64,000 nt of DNA from an uncultured Verrucomicrobiota bacterium (GTDB taxonomy: Bacteria; Verrucomicrobiota; Kiritimatiellia; CAIKKV01; CAITUY01). The stretch is from NCBI GenBank assembly GCA_964508705.1, contig CAZDUS010000001.1:146407-210406 (forward strand), given 5' to 3'. This document shows positions 19,454 to 28,697 of the stretch, in pieces (the first letter of the stretch is position 1; every line of letters starts with the position of its first letter). Below the pieces are notes generated by a model. That model searched no databases and was not told the DNA's origin. It saw only the letters and a list, made by a program, of their open reading frames with translations. A program made the translations under genes and the position numbers.

Positions 19454-20934
19454 GTCTCCATTCCGCAAAAACACGGGAGGAACACGACGTGGTGATTATC
19501 GGCGCAGGCCCTGCGGGCAGCGCCGCCGGTCTGGCGCTCTCTTCTGCCGGCAAAAAAGTCTGCCTGCTGGAGCAACTCGACCGGGCCGGGGGCTTGTCTA
19601 GAACCCTCGCCCGCCACGGGGCCCGGTTTGACATTGGCCCCCACCGGTTTTTCACCAAGTCAGACCGTGTCCTCAACGTGTGGAAAACCGCCGGCACTGG
19701 CGAGCTGATTGAAGTCGAGCGGTTGACCCGCATCTTGTATCGGAATCACCTCCTGAATTACCCGTTGCAACCCATGAACGCCCTGGCAGGGCTCGGAATC
19801 TGGAATAGCATCGGGGCCATGGCCAGCTATGCCGCCGCCTGCGGACGACGATGGTGTTCTTCAAAATCCGTCGATTCCTTCGAGGACTGGGTGACAATGC
19901 AGTTCGGCTCAGTGCTGTATCAATGTTTCTTCAAGACCTATACTGAGAAGGTTTGGGGCATCTCCTGCCGCGACATTTCCGCCTCATGGGCGTCTCAGCG
20001 CATCAAGAATCTTAATCTCCCCAGAGCCGTGTTGAACGCCTTTACCAGAGGACGCCTCTCACACATCAAAACCCTTGTAGATCGGTTCCTGTACTGCCGG
20101 CATGGAGCAGGTTCAGTCTACGAGGCCATGTGCGCCAGGATCGCCGCCCAGGGCGGCCACTTCCGCCCGAATGAGGAAGTCATCAAAATCCGCCATGACG
20201 GCCGCGGCTCCATCACGAGCGTGCTGGCCCGCGCCGGTGAACAATTACTCGAATACAAAACCAACCATCTGATTTCCTCCATGCCCTTAACGGAGTTGAT
20301 TCGCCGCCTGGATCCCGCCGCCCCCCGCGACGTCCTGGATGCCGTCAACCAACTCAGGTACCGCACCCATATCTCGGTCAATCTGTTGGTGAACGGAAAC
20401 CCTTTCCCCGACAACTGGATCTATGTGCACAGCCCGGACGTGCACATGGGCCGCGTCGCCAACTACCGGAATTTTTCCGCCGCCATGTGTCCGGATCAAC
20501 GGCTGACACCGCTCACGTTCGAGTATTTCACGTTCGATGGCGACGAGGTTTCGTCGCTTAATGACTCCCTGCTGGTGGATTTGGCCTTGTCGGAGGGACG
20601 GAGGGTTGGATTGTTGGACGGGCATCCTCCAGTGGATGCCTTCGTGGTTCGCAGCCCTCGGGCCTACTGTGTAATTCAGCGCGGCCATGAAAAGCCGGTT
20701 GAACAAATAAAATCCTACCTCGCCGGCTTCCGTAACCTGGCCACCGTTGGACGCGCCGGTATGTTTAAGTACAATAACCAGGATCATTCGATCATGACCG
20801 GCCTTCTGGCTGCGGATAATCTGCTGGGCGGATGTCTGGATGTGTGGTCGGTAAATATTGACGCCGAATATCACGAGTCCGGAACAGCCCCGGACCTGTG
20901 TGTTGAAGATCGCGAGGAGGTCTATTTTGAGTAA
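19450..20934 (+). CDS. NAD(P)/FAD-dependent oxidoreductase (amine-oxidase / UDP-galactopyranose-mutase-like fold)
   Basis: Dinucleotide-binding motif DVVIIGAGPAGSAAGLALSSAGKKVCLLEQ at the N-terminus. ATGA overlap with the upstream gene. Confidence 0.8.
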   Translation: MSLHSAKTREEHDVVIIGAGPAGSAAGLALSSAGKKVCLLEQLDRAGGLSRTLARHGARFDIGPHRFFTKSDRVLNVWKTAGTGELIEVERLTRILYRNHLLNYPLQPMNALAGLGIWNSIGAMASYAAACGRRWCSSKSVDSFEDWVTMQFGSVLYQCFFKTYTEKVWGISCRDISASWASQRIKNLNLPRAVLNAFTRGRLSHIKTLVDRFLYCRHGAGSVYEAMCARIAAQGGHFRPNEEVIKIRHDGRGSITSVLARAGEQLLEYKTNHLISSMPLTELIRRLDPAAPRDVLDAVNQLRYRTHISVNLLVNGNPFPDNWIYVHSPDVHMGRVANYRNFSAAMCPDQRLTPLTFEYFTFDGDEVSSLNDSLLVDLALSEGRRVGLLDGHPPVDAFVVRSPRAYCVIQRGHEKPVEQIKSYLAGFRNLATVGRAGMFKYNNQDHSIMTGLLAADNLLGGCLDVWSVNIDAEYHESGTAPDLCVEDREEVYFE

Positions 20935-22648
20935 TCCAATCACTGACGACACCGCGAAAAACCAGCCTGCCCTTTGGCTTGGAATATCCGCCTGGCTGGC
21001 AATCACCCTTGGCCTCTTTTATTTATTCGCGATGCAGGGTAATACCGATCAGCCCGCCATCTATGGCCGTTCCGCCATTGTCTGGATGGTGGCCCGCTGG
21101 AATTGGACTGGCGCCGATATGTCCTACGCCTGGCTGATCCCGGCCATTAGCCTCTGGACGCTATGGCAACGGCGGACAACCATTCGCTTCGCCGCTCGCA
21201 ATACCGACCTGCGCGGTCTAGCCGTGGTGGCTCTGGGACTACTGACTTATCTCGTCGGCATCCGTACACAACAAACGCGCATCGTGCTCATGTCATTCAT
21301 CATGCTCCTGTGGGGAATGCCTTTCTTTGCTTTCGGCTGGAGCGTGGCAAGACAACTGATTTTTCCCTGCGCCTATCTGATCTTTTGCATCCCGTTCACC
21401 TTCCTCGATGACTTGACCCTGCCTCTGCGCCTCATCAGCACAACCGTGTCTTCCGTCCTCCTCAACGGACTTGGCATCTCCGTCACCCGGATCGGCACGG
21501 CCCTGCATGTTAACGCCGGCGGCGGCTTCTCCCTTGATGTCGCCCATCCCTGTAGCGGCCTCCGTTACCTGCTGGCCATGATCGCCCTGACCACGGCTTA
21601 CGCATATTTCACCCAGCGCCCAACATGGCGCCGCCTCCTGCTCAGCATGGCCTCCGTCCCCCTGGCGATGATCGGAAATATCTTCCGTATCTTCCTTATC
21701 GCCCTGGTGGGAGTCTGGTTCGGCTCCGAAATTGCCGTTGGCTTTTATCATGACTACTCAGGCTATGTTGTCTTCGCCGTTGCATCGGCGCTCATGATGT
21801 GGACCGGCGGAACCCTCCAACGCATAGGCCCGCCGCCGGGGCCCCAGGAACCGCAACCCGCCGCCCCTCCTCCCGTCTCCCGTGCTTCACTTTCACTGTG
21901 GCCGCCATTCGTCATGGTTCTCCTGGTTACCGGCATGGCCCTGGTCTCACCCGCCCTGTCATCGGTTTATGTTGCAAAAGAGGATACAGCCAGCATCAGC
22001 CTTGAACTTCCCGCCTCCTTCGACCGCTGGCAGGGAGAAGACCTGTTCTACTGCCAGAGCGACCAGTGCGCGCGCTCGTTCAAAACTTCGGAACTGAACG
22101 GACAGACCGTCTGTCCCGTCTGTGAAGGCAAAATCGATCAGGTCTCCATCGGCGAACGGGAACTGCTCCCGGCCGACACCCGTATCGCCCGTAAGATTTA
22201 TCAAAGCGAAACCGGCGAGCAAATCATCGCCAGCATTGTCCTTACAGGTAGCGATCAGCGCAGCATCCACCGCCCTCAACAATGCCTGCCGGCCCAGGGA
22301 TACGCCATCGCCAATCGATCCGTGCTCCAGGTCCCCTTGATCAACGGGAAGACACTCACCATGACGCTGATGCGGGCAAGCCAGGGACAACACTCTCCTT
22401 CTGCTTCCGTCCGGCGAATGGTACTGGCCTATTGGTTCTCCGGCGGCGGTCATATCACGCATGATCATCTAGAACGGATTTTCTGGGTTTCCTGGGACAA
22501 CCTCATCCATGGATACAAGGCGCGATGGGCCTACGTTTCGCTGCAAACCACTGAATCCGGCGCCTCCAGCCAAGGCGCAGCCTTGTTGTCGGATTTCGCC
22601 AGGCACTTCCAGCCGCTCATCCAGCGTGACCCCGGTAACCACCGGTAG
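20927..22648 (+). CDS. exosortase fused to a C-terminal EpsI-family domain
   Basis: Eight-TM exosortase core with catalytic motifs AHPCSGLRYL (Cys) and GNIFRIFLIALVG (Arg). C-terminal soluble domain with EpsI-type motif SIHRPQQCLPAQGY. TTG at 20927 preceded by GAGGAGG with 7-nt spacing. Last gene of the operon. Confidence 0.85.
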   Translation: MSNPITDDTAKNQPALWLGISAWLAITLGLFYLFAMQGNTDQPAIYGRSAIVWMVARWNWTGADMSYAWLIPAISLWTLWQRRTTIRFAARNTDLRGLAVVALGLLTYLVGIRTQQTRIVLMSFIMLLWGMPFFAFGWSVARQLIFPCAYLIFCIPFTFLDDLTLPLRLISTTVSSVLLNGLGISVTRIGTALHVNAGGGFSLDVAHPCSGLRYLLAMIALTTAYAYFTQRPTWRRLLLSMASVPLAMIGNIFRIFLIALVGVWFGSEIAVGFYHDYSGYVVFAVASALMMWTGGTLQRIGPPPGPQEPQPAAPPPVSRASLSLWPPFVMVLLVTGMALVSPALSSVYVAKEDTASISLELPASFDRWQGEDLFYCQSDQCARSFKTSELNGQTVCPVCEGKIDQVSIGERELLPADTRIARKIYQSETGEQIIASIVLTGSDQRSIHRPQQCLPAQGYAIANRSVLQVPLINGKTLTMTLMRASQGQHSPSASVRRMVLAYWFSGGGHITHDHLERIFWVSWDNLIHGYKARWAYVSLQTTESGASSQGAALLSDFARHFQPLIQRDPGNHR

Positions 22649-22656
22649 CCCTCGCT

Positions 22657-24123
22657 TCAATACGCTCCCTTGGCGAACAGCACCACTCCCACGGTGCGCA
22701 GCAGTATCTTGAAATCCATCATGGCATTCTGGTTGCGCAGGTAATAGTCATCCAGAATACACATGTTATGAAAATTCACGTCACTCCGCCCTGATACCTG
22801 CCACAGGCACGTCAACCCCGGCAATCCACTATGCCGGCTGTAGTGCCACTCCTCGTAGTAATTCTCAAAGTCCCGCCTCGGCAGGGGGCGCGGCCCCACC
22901 AGCGTCATCTCCCCGCGGATCACATTGATCAACTGGGGCATCTCATCCACGCTGAACCTCCTCAATAACCGGCCCACCGGCGTCACCCGCGGATCATTCC
23001 GGATCTTGAATAGCCCCTCGCCCGACTCATTAAATTCCTCCACCTGCGCCAGCAATTCATCCGAACGCTCATACATCGTCCGGAACTTGTACATCCTGAA
23101 CGGCTTGCGATTGAACCCAATCCGTTCCTGGACAAAGAACACAGACCCTCGCCCCGAGAGCCTGATCGCCGCAGCCACCATCAGGAAAAGCGGCGCGCTG
23201 AGCGCCAGCAGTATCGCGGCAATACCCTTCATCGCAACCAGCCTGATCTTTAGTGATACAGCCTTCTCTGCCGGCGGCACCGCGAAATGCAGCAGCGGGT
23301 AATTGAAGAAATAATCAGCGCTGATCCCAGCCTCGTTCACCAGCACTCCAAGGTGCCCCGACAACACCTTGACCTCCAGCTTCAGTTCCTCTGACTTCTC
23401 CAGGATCTGCATGATCTGGACCACCGATAGATTCAACTCCGCGCAAATAATCATCCCGGCGCCGTGCTGGCGGATCGTGTCCTCCAGCCGCTTAAACAGG
23501 TCTTTCATCGATTCCGCCGGATCAAAGGGCATCATCACCGCCACCTCGATCCCCTCCGGATGCCTCGCCTCGATGTACTTCTGTATGAACTGCGCCTCCT
23601 GGCCCGCCCCCAGCACCACCGCCTTGCACCGGATCAACCCCGAGTCAGCCAATAGCCGCGACATCATCCACCGAAACAACAGGACCAGTCCCGCGTTCAC
23701 ACCCAGCAGGGTGGCGAACACACTGCGCGGATGGAAATCGTTGCGTGTAAGATAAAAGTAGGCGTAGAAAAGGAACAACGCCGCCAGATTGGCCAGCATC
23801 ACGTTCCGACCCAGAAACCGGCGCCGAACAAACCGGCGCCCCTCGTAAAGCTCCATGAAGGCGTACAGGAACAACAGCGTCACGCCGAGAATCAGAAGAA
23901 TCCTTGGGGCATTCTCGTAATAAAACGAACTCAGCACAGCGCCCACCTCCGCCGTGTCACGCACCCCCAGCGCCACATTCACCCATGTGAAGAAATGCTC
24001 TCCCAAATGACTATGGAACCGCAGCCATAACGTTGTGTAATAAGCAACCACCAACGCGAAAAGGTCGGTCAGCACATAGGAAAACCTCGAACGGCAACAC
24101 TGTTCTTTCTTCGTCATATACAC
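22657..24123 (-). CDS. undecaprenyl-phosphate sugar phosphotransferase (WbaP/EpsB-type priming glycosyltransferase)
   Basis: N-terminal TM block plus C-terminal bacterial sugar transferase domain (…VGPRPLPRRDFENYYEEWHYSRHSGLPGLTCLWQVSGRSD…). Convergent with the exosortase. Confidence 0.9.
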   Translation of the reverse strand: MYMTKKEQCCRSRFSYVLTDLFALVVAYYTTLWLRFHSHLGEHFFTWVNVALGVRDTAEVGAVLSSFYYENAPRILLILGVTLLFLYAFMELYEGRRFVRRRFLGRNVMLANLAALFLFYAYFYLTRNDFHPRSVFATLLGVNAGLVLLFRWMMSRLLADSGLIRCKAVVLGAGQEAQFIQKYIEARHPEGIEVAVMMPFDPAESMKDLFKRLEDTIRQHGAGMIICAELNLSVVQIMQILEKSEELKLEVKVLSGHLGVLVNEAGISADYFFNYPLLHFAVPPAEKAVSLKIRLVAMKGIAAILLALSAPLFLMVAAAIRLSGRGSVFFVQERIGFNRKPFRMYKFRTMYERSDELLAQVEEFNESGEGLFKIRNDPRVTPVGRLLRRFSVDEMPQLINVIRGEMTLVGPRPLPRRDFENYYEEWHYSRHSGLPGLTCLWQVSGRSDVNFHNMCILDDYYLRNQNAMMDFKILLRTVGVVLFAKGAY

Positions 24124-24385
24124 ATCTACGGGATGAAATCATCAGTGCGATGACTCTCCAAAAGATACGCTACTCGTCTTGTTAATCAAGTTTCATTAAC
24201 TCATCGACACGCCTGATCGGTCAAACGAACGAACAAATTAGCGTGGCTGTTTTAAGAAAAACGGGTACATTCAAACGCCAGTAACGGTAGATTATGAAAT
24301 TCAACAAGACCATCGGCGATAAGCGGGAATCAGCGTTTGCAAACTACCGGCAACCTGCCTCATCCATCCGCACCCGGCTTCCTTC

Positions 24386-26965
24386 ATGAGCTCAAAAACC
24401 ATTCGCCCCGTTGAACGCTGGCTTCTCGTTACACTGCTGACCGCCCTGCTATGGGCATGGTTCACCTGGCCGTTGCCTCAACACGCGCTCTCCGGCATCC
24501 CCTGGACCGGACACTCCACCGAGCGGAACCCTGTCCGCACCATGGTTGCAGGCGACCACCTCCAACTCATGTACCACTTCTGGTTGCTGGGCGACATGAT
24601 CCGCGGTGGCACCCCCTGGTTCAACAACCTCTACGAATTCAACACCGGCCACGACGACAGCGGTTACCGGCCCAAACCCTTCTATGCTCCCTTCTCGCTG
24701 GTCTATGTGGCTGGCGAAAATTTCGCAGGCCGCGCGTTCGGCTGGAATCTGGCCGGCTTCCTCTCTCTCCTCCTTACACTCCACTTCACCTGGCGACTGG
24801 CCCGTCAATATACGGATAGCGACCGGCTCGCCCTCGCGGCAGCCATCATCGCCCTCGCCCTGCCCTACCGCTGGTTCAGCCTGCTGGGCGGCAGTCCAAC
24901 CGGCTTCGGAATGACCTTCGTCCCCATGCTTCTTTACGGACTCGATCGCGCCATTCGCCAACATTCACTGGTCGGCGGACTGCTGGCCGGGGCGGCCGTT
25001 GTCTTCGCCTACTGCACCGACCTGCATGTGTTCTACTTCGTTGCGCTCGCCGCGCCAATCTGGTGCCTGTTGGCCCTCCTGCAACGCCAGGATTTCCACT
25101 GGCTCCGCCCGCATTCATGGTGGAAGCTCGTAGGACTGCTCTGGCCCGTCGCCGCGGGACTCCTGATGGTATTCGAGCTGGGCCGCTTAACCAGTGGTCA
25201 CCTTTCCAGCACCGACCTTGCCGGTGGCCGCTCCATTCAGGAGGTGGCCGCCTTCTCCCCCAGGGCCAACGGCTTTCTCGGCTGGGGAAATCTCGGGACC
25301 AGCAATCACATCTACCTGGGATTCATCCCCCTGCTTTCCACGGTTGGCGGATTCGCTTACCTCCTCTGGCGGCAACGCCAGAAGCCACGCCTCTCCCTAC
25401 GGGAGTGGTGCTTCGTAATCATTCTGACCGGCGGCATCGTGCTGGTCATGGTGCTGGCCCTCGGCCCCAACGGACCGCTCCACGGCGCCCTTCTCGATCT
25501 CTGCCGCCAGATCATCCCGAAGTATAAGATGATCCGGCAGACCCCGAAAATCTACTGCCTCATGCCTTCCTTCCTCGCGGCGCTCCTGGCCTTTCTATTC
25601 GGCGTCATCATGGCAAAGCTTCACTGGAAAAAGACTGCCGGCGCCATCCTGATCCTGATGGTCATCCTGTCGGTGGTTGAGTTCAAGGCCAACATCCGGG
25701 CAGGCATCTGCGAACTGGACACCCAGCAGGAAGCCTACCGCGCGGTAAGCGCCCACGCCGCACGCCACCAACTCATTCCCCGCGCCCTGATCCTTCCCAT
25801 CTGGCCCGGCAACTCACACTGGGCGTCGCTCTACGAACACTACTCCTCGTTGTACCGCTTGCGAATGGTCAACGGCTATTCCCCCGCCGTCTCCACCAAC
25901 TACATCAACTCCGTCTTCCGCTCTCTCGAAAGCGCCAACATTGGCGAACTGCACGACGACCAATTCACCCAACTGCGGTCCATGGGCGTGGACTATATTC
26001 TCTTGCACGAGGATGCCTTCCCGGAAAAGGTCAGCCCCTATCCCGTCATATTCACCCTGAACGGCCTGCTCTCCAATCCGCGACTGGAACTGCTCGCCCG
26101 CTCCCGTCAAGTCTGGGCCTTCCGGATTCGCAACGAGGACCCACCAGCCAACAGCGACTCCCCGTCAGCCACCCAACCCATTGCCTGCCCTGTCCTATTC
26201 CCCGCCCGCCAGTGGGAAGCCGAATCCGTACGCCAGCGAAGCAACGCCAACACCATTCCCCGCCTCGGTGCCAGCGGAATGGCCTACGTCTGCCTCCCGG
26301 AAACAGACTCCTCCCTTTCCCTGCGCCGCACTGCCCTACCCGCTTTCCCAGGCCAATCCCTGCTGGTCCGCACCTCGGGTAACGGCGAACTGCAGATCGA
26401 CTGGCTGACCAATGGAGCCCCCGCCCAATCATCCGCCATGGAAATCCGTTCCGAAGGCTGGACTTGGCGCCAGATCCCTATTTCAAAACCCGCCCGCCAG
26501 ACATGGCTCACGCCCCGCCTTTCGGCTCGCAAGCCCTTCATCAATCTCGATCTGGCTCTGCTCTGCGGCTCCCAGTGGCGCATGCCCGCCATAGGCGAAA
26601 CCATCGTCCTGCCCGCCGCCTCCTTCTTCCACGCCGGATACACCGATCCGATGGACGGCAGTGTCACCTTCACGCCAAGCCGCGACCCCGAAGGCGCGAT
26701 CCTCTACGGACTCAACCTGCCGCTCGAACGCGGGGAATACCAGATGGACCTGCGTTACTCATCCTCCGCTCCGGATGGTCTGTTGCTCGGGTCCATTCAA
26801 GCGACCGGTGAAGATGTGCAAAGCAACCCTGTGGAAATTAAATCGGGCCACCCCGTGCGGGGAACATTTTCCGTGGAGAGCGAGCTTCCGGTTCGCTTGA
26901 ACCTCTATTATAATCGCGCGGCAGGTCTACGCGTGCAGTCATGGTCACTCAGCAGGATTAAGTGA
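24386..26965 (+). CDS. large polytopic membrane protein (YfhO/GT-C-like), function unknown
   Basis: 859 aa. About 13 N-terminal TM helices, then a roughly 380-aa soluble C-terminal region. Confidence 0.6.
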   Translation: MSSKTIRPVERWLLVTLLTALLWAWFTWPLPQHALSGIPWTGHSTERNPVRTMVAGDHLQLMYHFWLLGDMIRGGTPWFNNLYEFNTGHDDSGYRPKPFYAPFSLVYVAGENFAGRAFGWNLAGFLSLLLTLHFTWRLARQYTDSDRLALAAAIIALALPYRWFSLLGGSPTGFGMTFVPMLLYGLDRAIRQHSLVGGLLAGAAVVFAYCTDLHVFYFVALAAPIWCLLALLQRQDFHWLRPHSWWKLVGLLWPVAAGLLMVFELGRLTSGHLSSTDLAGGRSIQEVAAFSPRANGFLGWGNLGTSNHIYLGFIPLLSTVGGFAYLLWRQRQKPRLSLREWCFVIILTGGIVLVMVLALGPNGPLHGALLDLCRQIIPKYKMIRQTPKIYCLMPSFLAALLAFLFGVIMAKLHWKKTAGAILILMVILSVVEFKANIRAGICELDTQQEAYRAVSAHAARHQLIPRALILPIWPGNSHWASLYEHYSSLYRLRMVNGYSPAVSTNYINSVFRSLESANIGELHDDQFTQLRSMGVDYILLHEDAFPEKVSPYPVIFTLNGLLSNPRLELLARSRQVWAFRIRNEDPPANSDSPSATQPIACPVLFPARQWEAESVRQRSNANTIPRLGASGMAYVCLPETDSSLSLRRTALPAFPGQSLLVRTSGNGELQIDWLTNGAPAQSSAMEIRSEGWTWRQIPISKPARQTWLTPRLSARKPFINLDLALLCGSQWRMPAIGETIVLPAASFFHAGYTDPMDGSVTFTPSRDPEGAILYGLNLPLERGEYQMDLRYSSSAPDGLLLGSIQATGEDVQSNPVEIKSGHPVRGTFSVESELPVRLNLYYNRAAGLRVQSWSLSRIK

Positions 26966-27035
26966 AACGAAATCACTGAATAACTTTTTTTGTAATCGGG
27001 TCTTTCGTAGTTAAATAACACAGGTGGAGAACAGT

Positions 27036-28025
27036 ATGAGGATTTTGGTAACAGGCGGAACGGGATTCACCGGCAAGGCATTGGTTCGAAGACTCCTGAA
27101 CGAGGGGCATCAGGTCATCGCCCTGGACAACAAGGAAGGACTCAAAACCCAGGAACTGCGCGAGTGGGGCGCCGAGGTTGTCATCGGATCGGTCACGGAC
27201 CGCGAAATCGTGCGCAAATGCATGAAAGGCGTGAATGTTGTCCAGCATCTCGCCGCCGCCTTCCGCGAAATGAACGTGCCCAACTCCTACTACGATGATG
27301 TCAATGTCGGCGGAACCCGTAATGTGCTGGAAGCCGCCTGGGACGAAAAGGTCTCCAAGTTCATCTACTGCAGTACCTGCGGCGTCCACGGCAATGTGGA
27401 TAACCCGCCCGGGAACGAGGACTCCCCCATCAAACCGGCCGATTACTATCAGCGCACCAAGTACGAAGCCGAGCCCCTGGTTCTGGAATACGCCAAAAAG
27501 GGAATGCCCGCCGTCATCCTGCGCCCGGCCGCCATTTACGGCCCCGGCGACCCGGAACGCTTCTTCATGATCTTCAAGCGCGTGGCGTCCGGCCGCTTCC
27601 TGATGTTCGGTAGTGGCAAGACCCTTTACCATCCGCTCTACATCGACAATCTGGTGGATGCCTTGATACTCGCCATGCAACCCGGCAAAGGTAATGGCCA
27701 GGCCTACCTGATCGCCGACGAGGAATACGTCCAGATTGAAGATCTGGTCAACCGCGCCGCCAAGGCACTGGGTGTTTCGGTTGCCATACCACACTTCCCA
27801 GTATGGCCGGTCATCGTGGTGGGCCACATTGTGGAAAAACTCTGCAAACCATTCCGGATCAGTCCGCCCATATTCCCCCGCCGTGTTGACTGGTACCGCC
27901 AGAACCGGTCATTCTCCATTGAGAAAGCCAAGCGGGATCTTGGGTACACCCCCAAGGTCGGACTTGATGAAGGCCTTAAGCGCACCGCTGAATGGTATCG
28001 CCGCGAAGGCTTCCTCAGAAATTAA
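27036..28025 (+). CDS. NAD-dependent epimerase/dehydratase (SDR superfamily, extended)
   Basis: MRILVTGGTGFTGKALVRRLL… with YxxxK (YYQRTKYEAE). RBS GGTGGAG 6 nt upstream of ATG 27036. Confidence 0.9.
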   Translation: MRILVTGGTGFTGKALVRRLLNEGHQVIALDNKEGLKTQELREWGAEVVIGSVTDREIVRKCMKGVNVVQHLAAAFREMNVPNSYYDDVNVGGTRNVLEAAWDEKVSKFIYCSTCGVHGNVDNPPGNEDSPIKPADYYQRTKYEAEPLVLEYAKKGMPAVILRPAAIYGPGDPERFFMIFKRVASGRFLMFGSGKTLYHPLYIDNLVDALILAMQPGKGNGQAYLIADEEYVQIEDLVNRAAKALGVSVAIPHFPVWPVIVVGHIVEKLCKPFRISPPIFPRRVDWYRQNRSFSIEKAKRDLGYTPKVGLDEGLKRTAEWYRREGFLRN

Positions 28026-28041
28026 GCGACACCTTCCATCG

Positions 28042-28530
28042 TCAAGGCGGGGGTAATGGCCCGACAGGACGTCGCCTTATCGGCCTGTTTGGCGGCGTCC
28101 GCATCTCACGGACAGGAGCCGTTGAATCCACGATTATGCTCTCGGCTTCAACATAAGAGGTTGGAGCCGGCGCAAATCGGGGATCGAGCTTAAACTCTCG
28201 CACCCGACCGGTCACCTTCACCATGGTGCCTGCTTTCAAACCAGAAACCATGGCCACCATGTCGTCGCTTTTCTTCGCCAGAACAGGCAGTCGCGGATCG
28301 CCCACTTCCAAAAGAATCCAGCGGGAGGATTTAAACCCTGAACCTTCCATATATTCCGGAAACGTCGTCATGAAATTGATATAGACCTCGGTGTACGAGA
28401 GCAGTTTGTTCTTATACTTTTCAGGCGCCACCTTGAGCACCGAAAAAGCTATTTCATTCGTCGTTGGAGCGGCGGCATGGAGAAGGCCCGCGGTAACCAC
28501 GAGAGTAACGATAAGCAAGTATCGCTTCAT
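28042..28530 (-). CDS. secreted hypothetical protein
   Basis: ATG at 28530 with AAAGGA RBS. Signal peptide MKRYLLIVTLVVTAGLLHAAA. Pro-rich C-terminus. Unlikely longer start in the track ORF. Confidence 0.5.
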   Translation of the reverse strand: MKRYLLIVTLVVTAGLLHAAAPTTNEIAFSVLKVAPEKYKNKLLSYTEVYINFMTTFPEYMEGSGFKSSRWILLEVGDPRLPVLAKKSDDMVAMVSGLKAGTMVKVTGRVREFKLDPRFAPAPTSYVEAESIIVDSTAPVREMRTPPNRPIRRRPVGPLPPP

Positions 28531-28697
28531 TTGGACGTTCCTTTCTTGTGACCTATTCGACAAGATACGCATCATTTCGTGCAAATCAAGACTGCACATT
28601 CTCCGCGCTCGGCACATCACAGGATCACGAATAAATCACTTTCGTGTATTTCGCGATTTTCGTAGTTCAAATCCTCCTTTCCCCCGGGGCGTCATCC

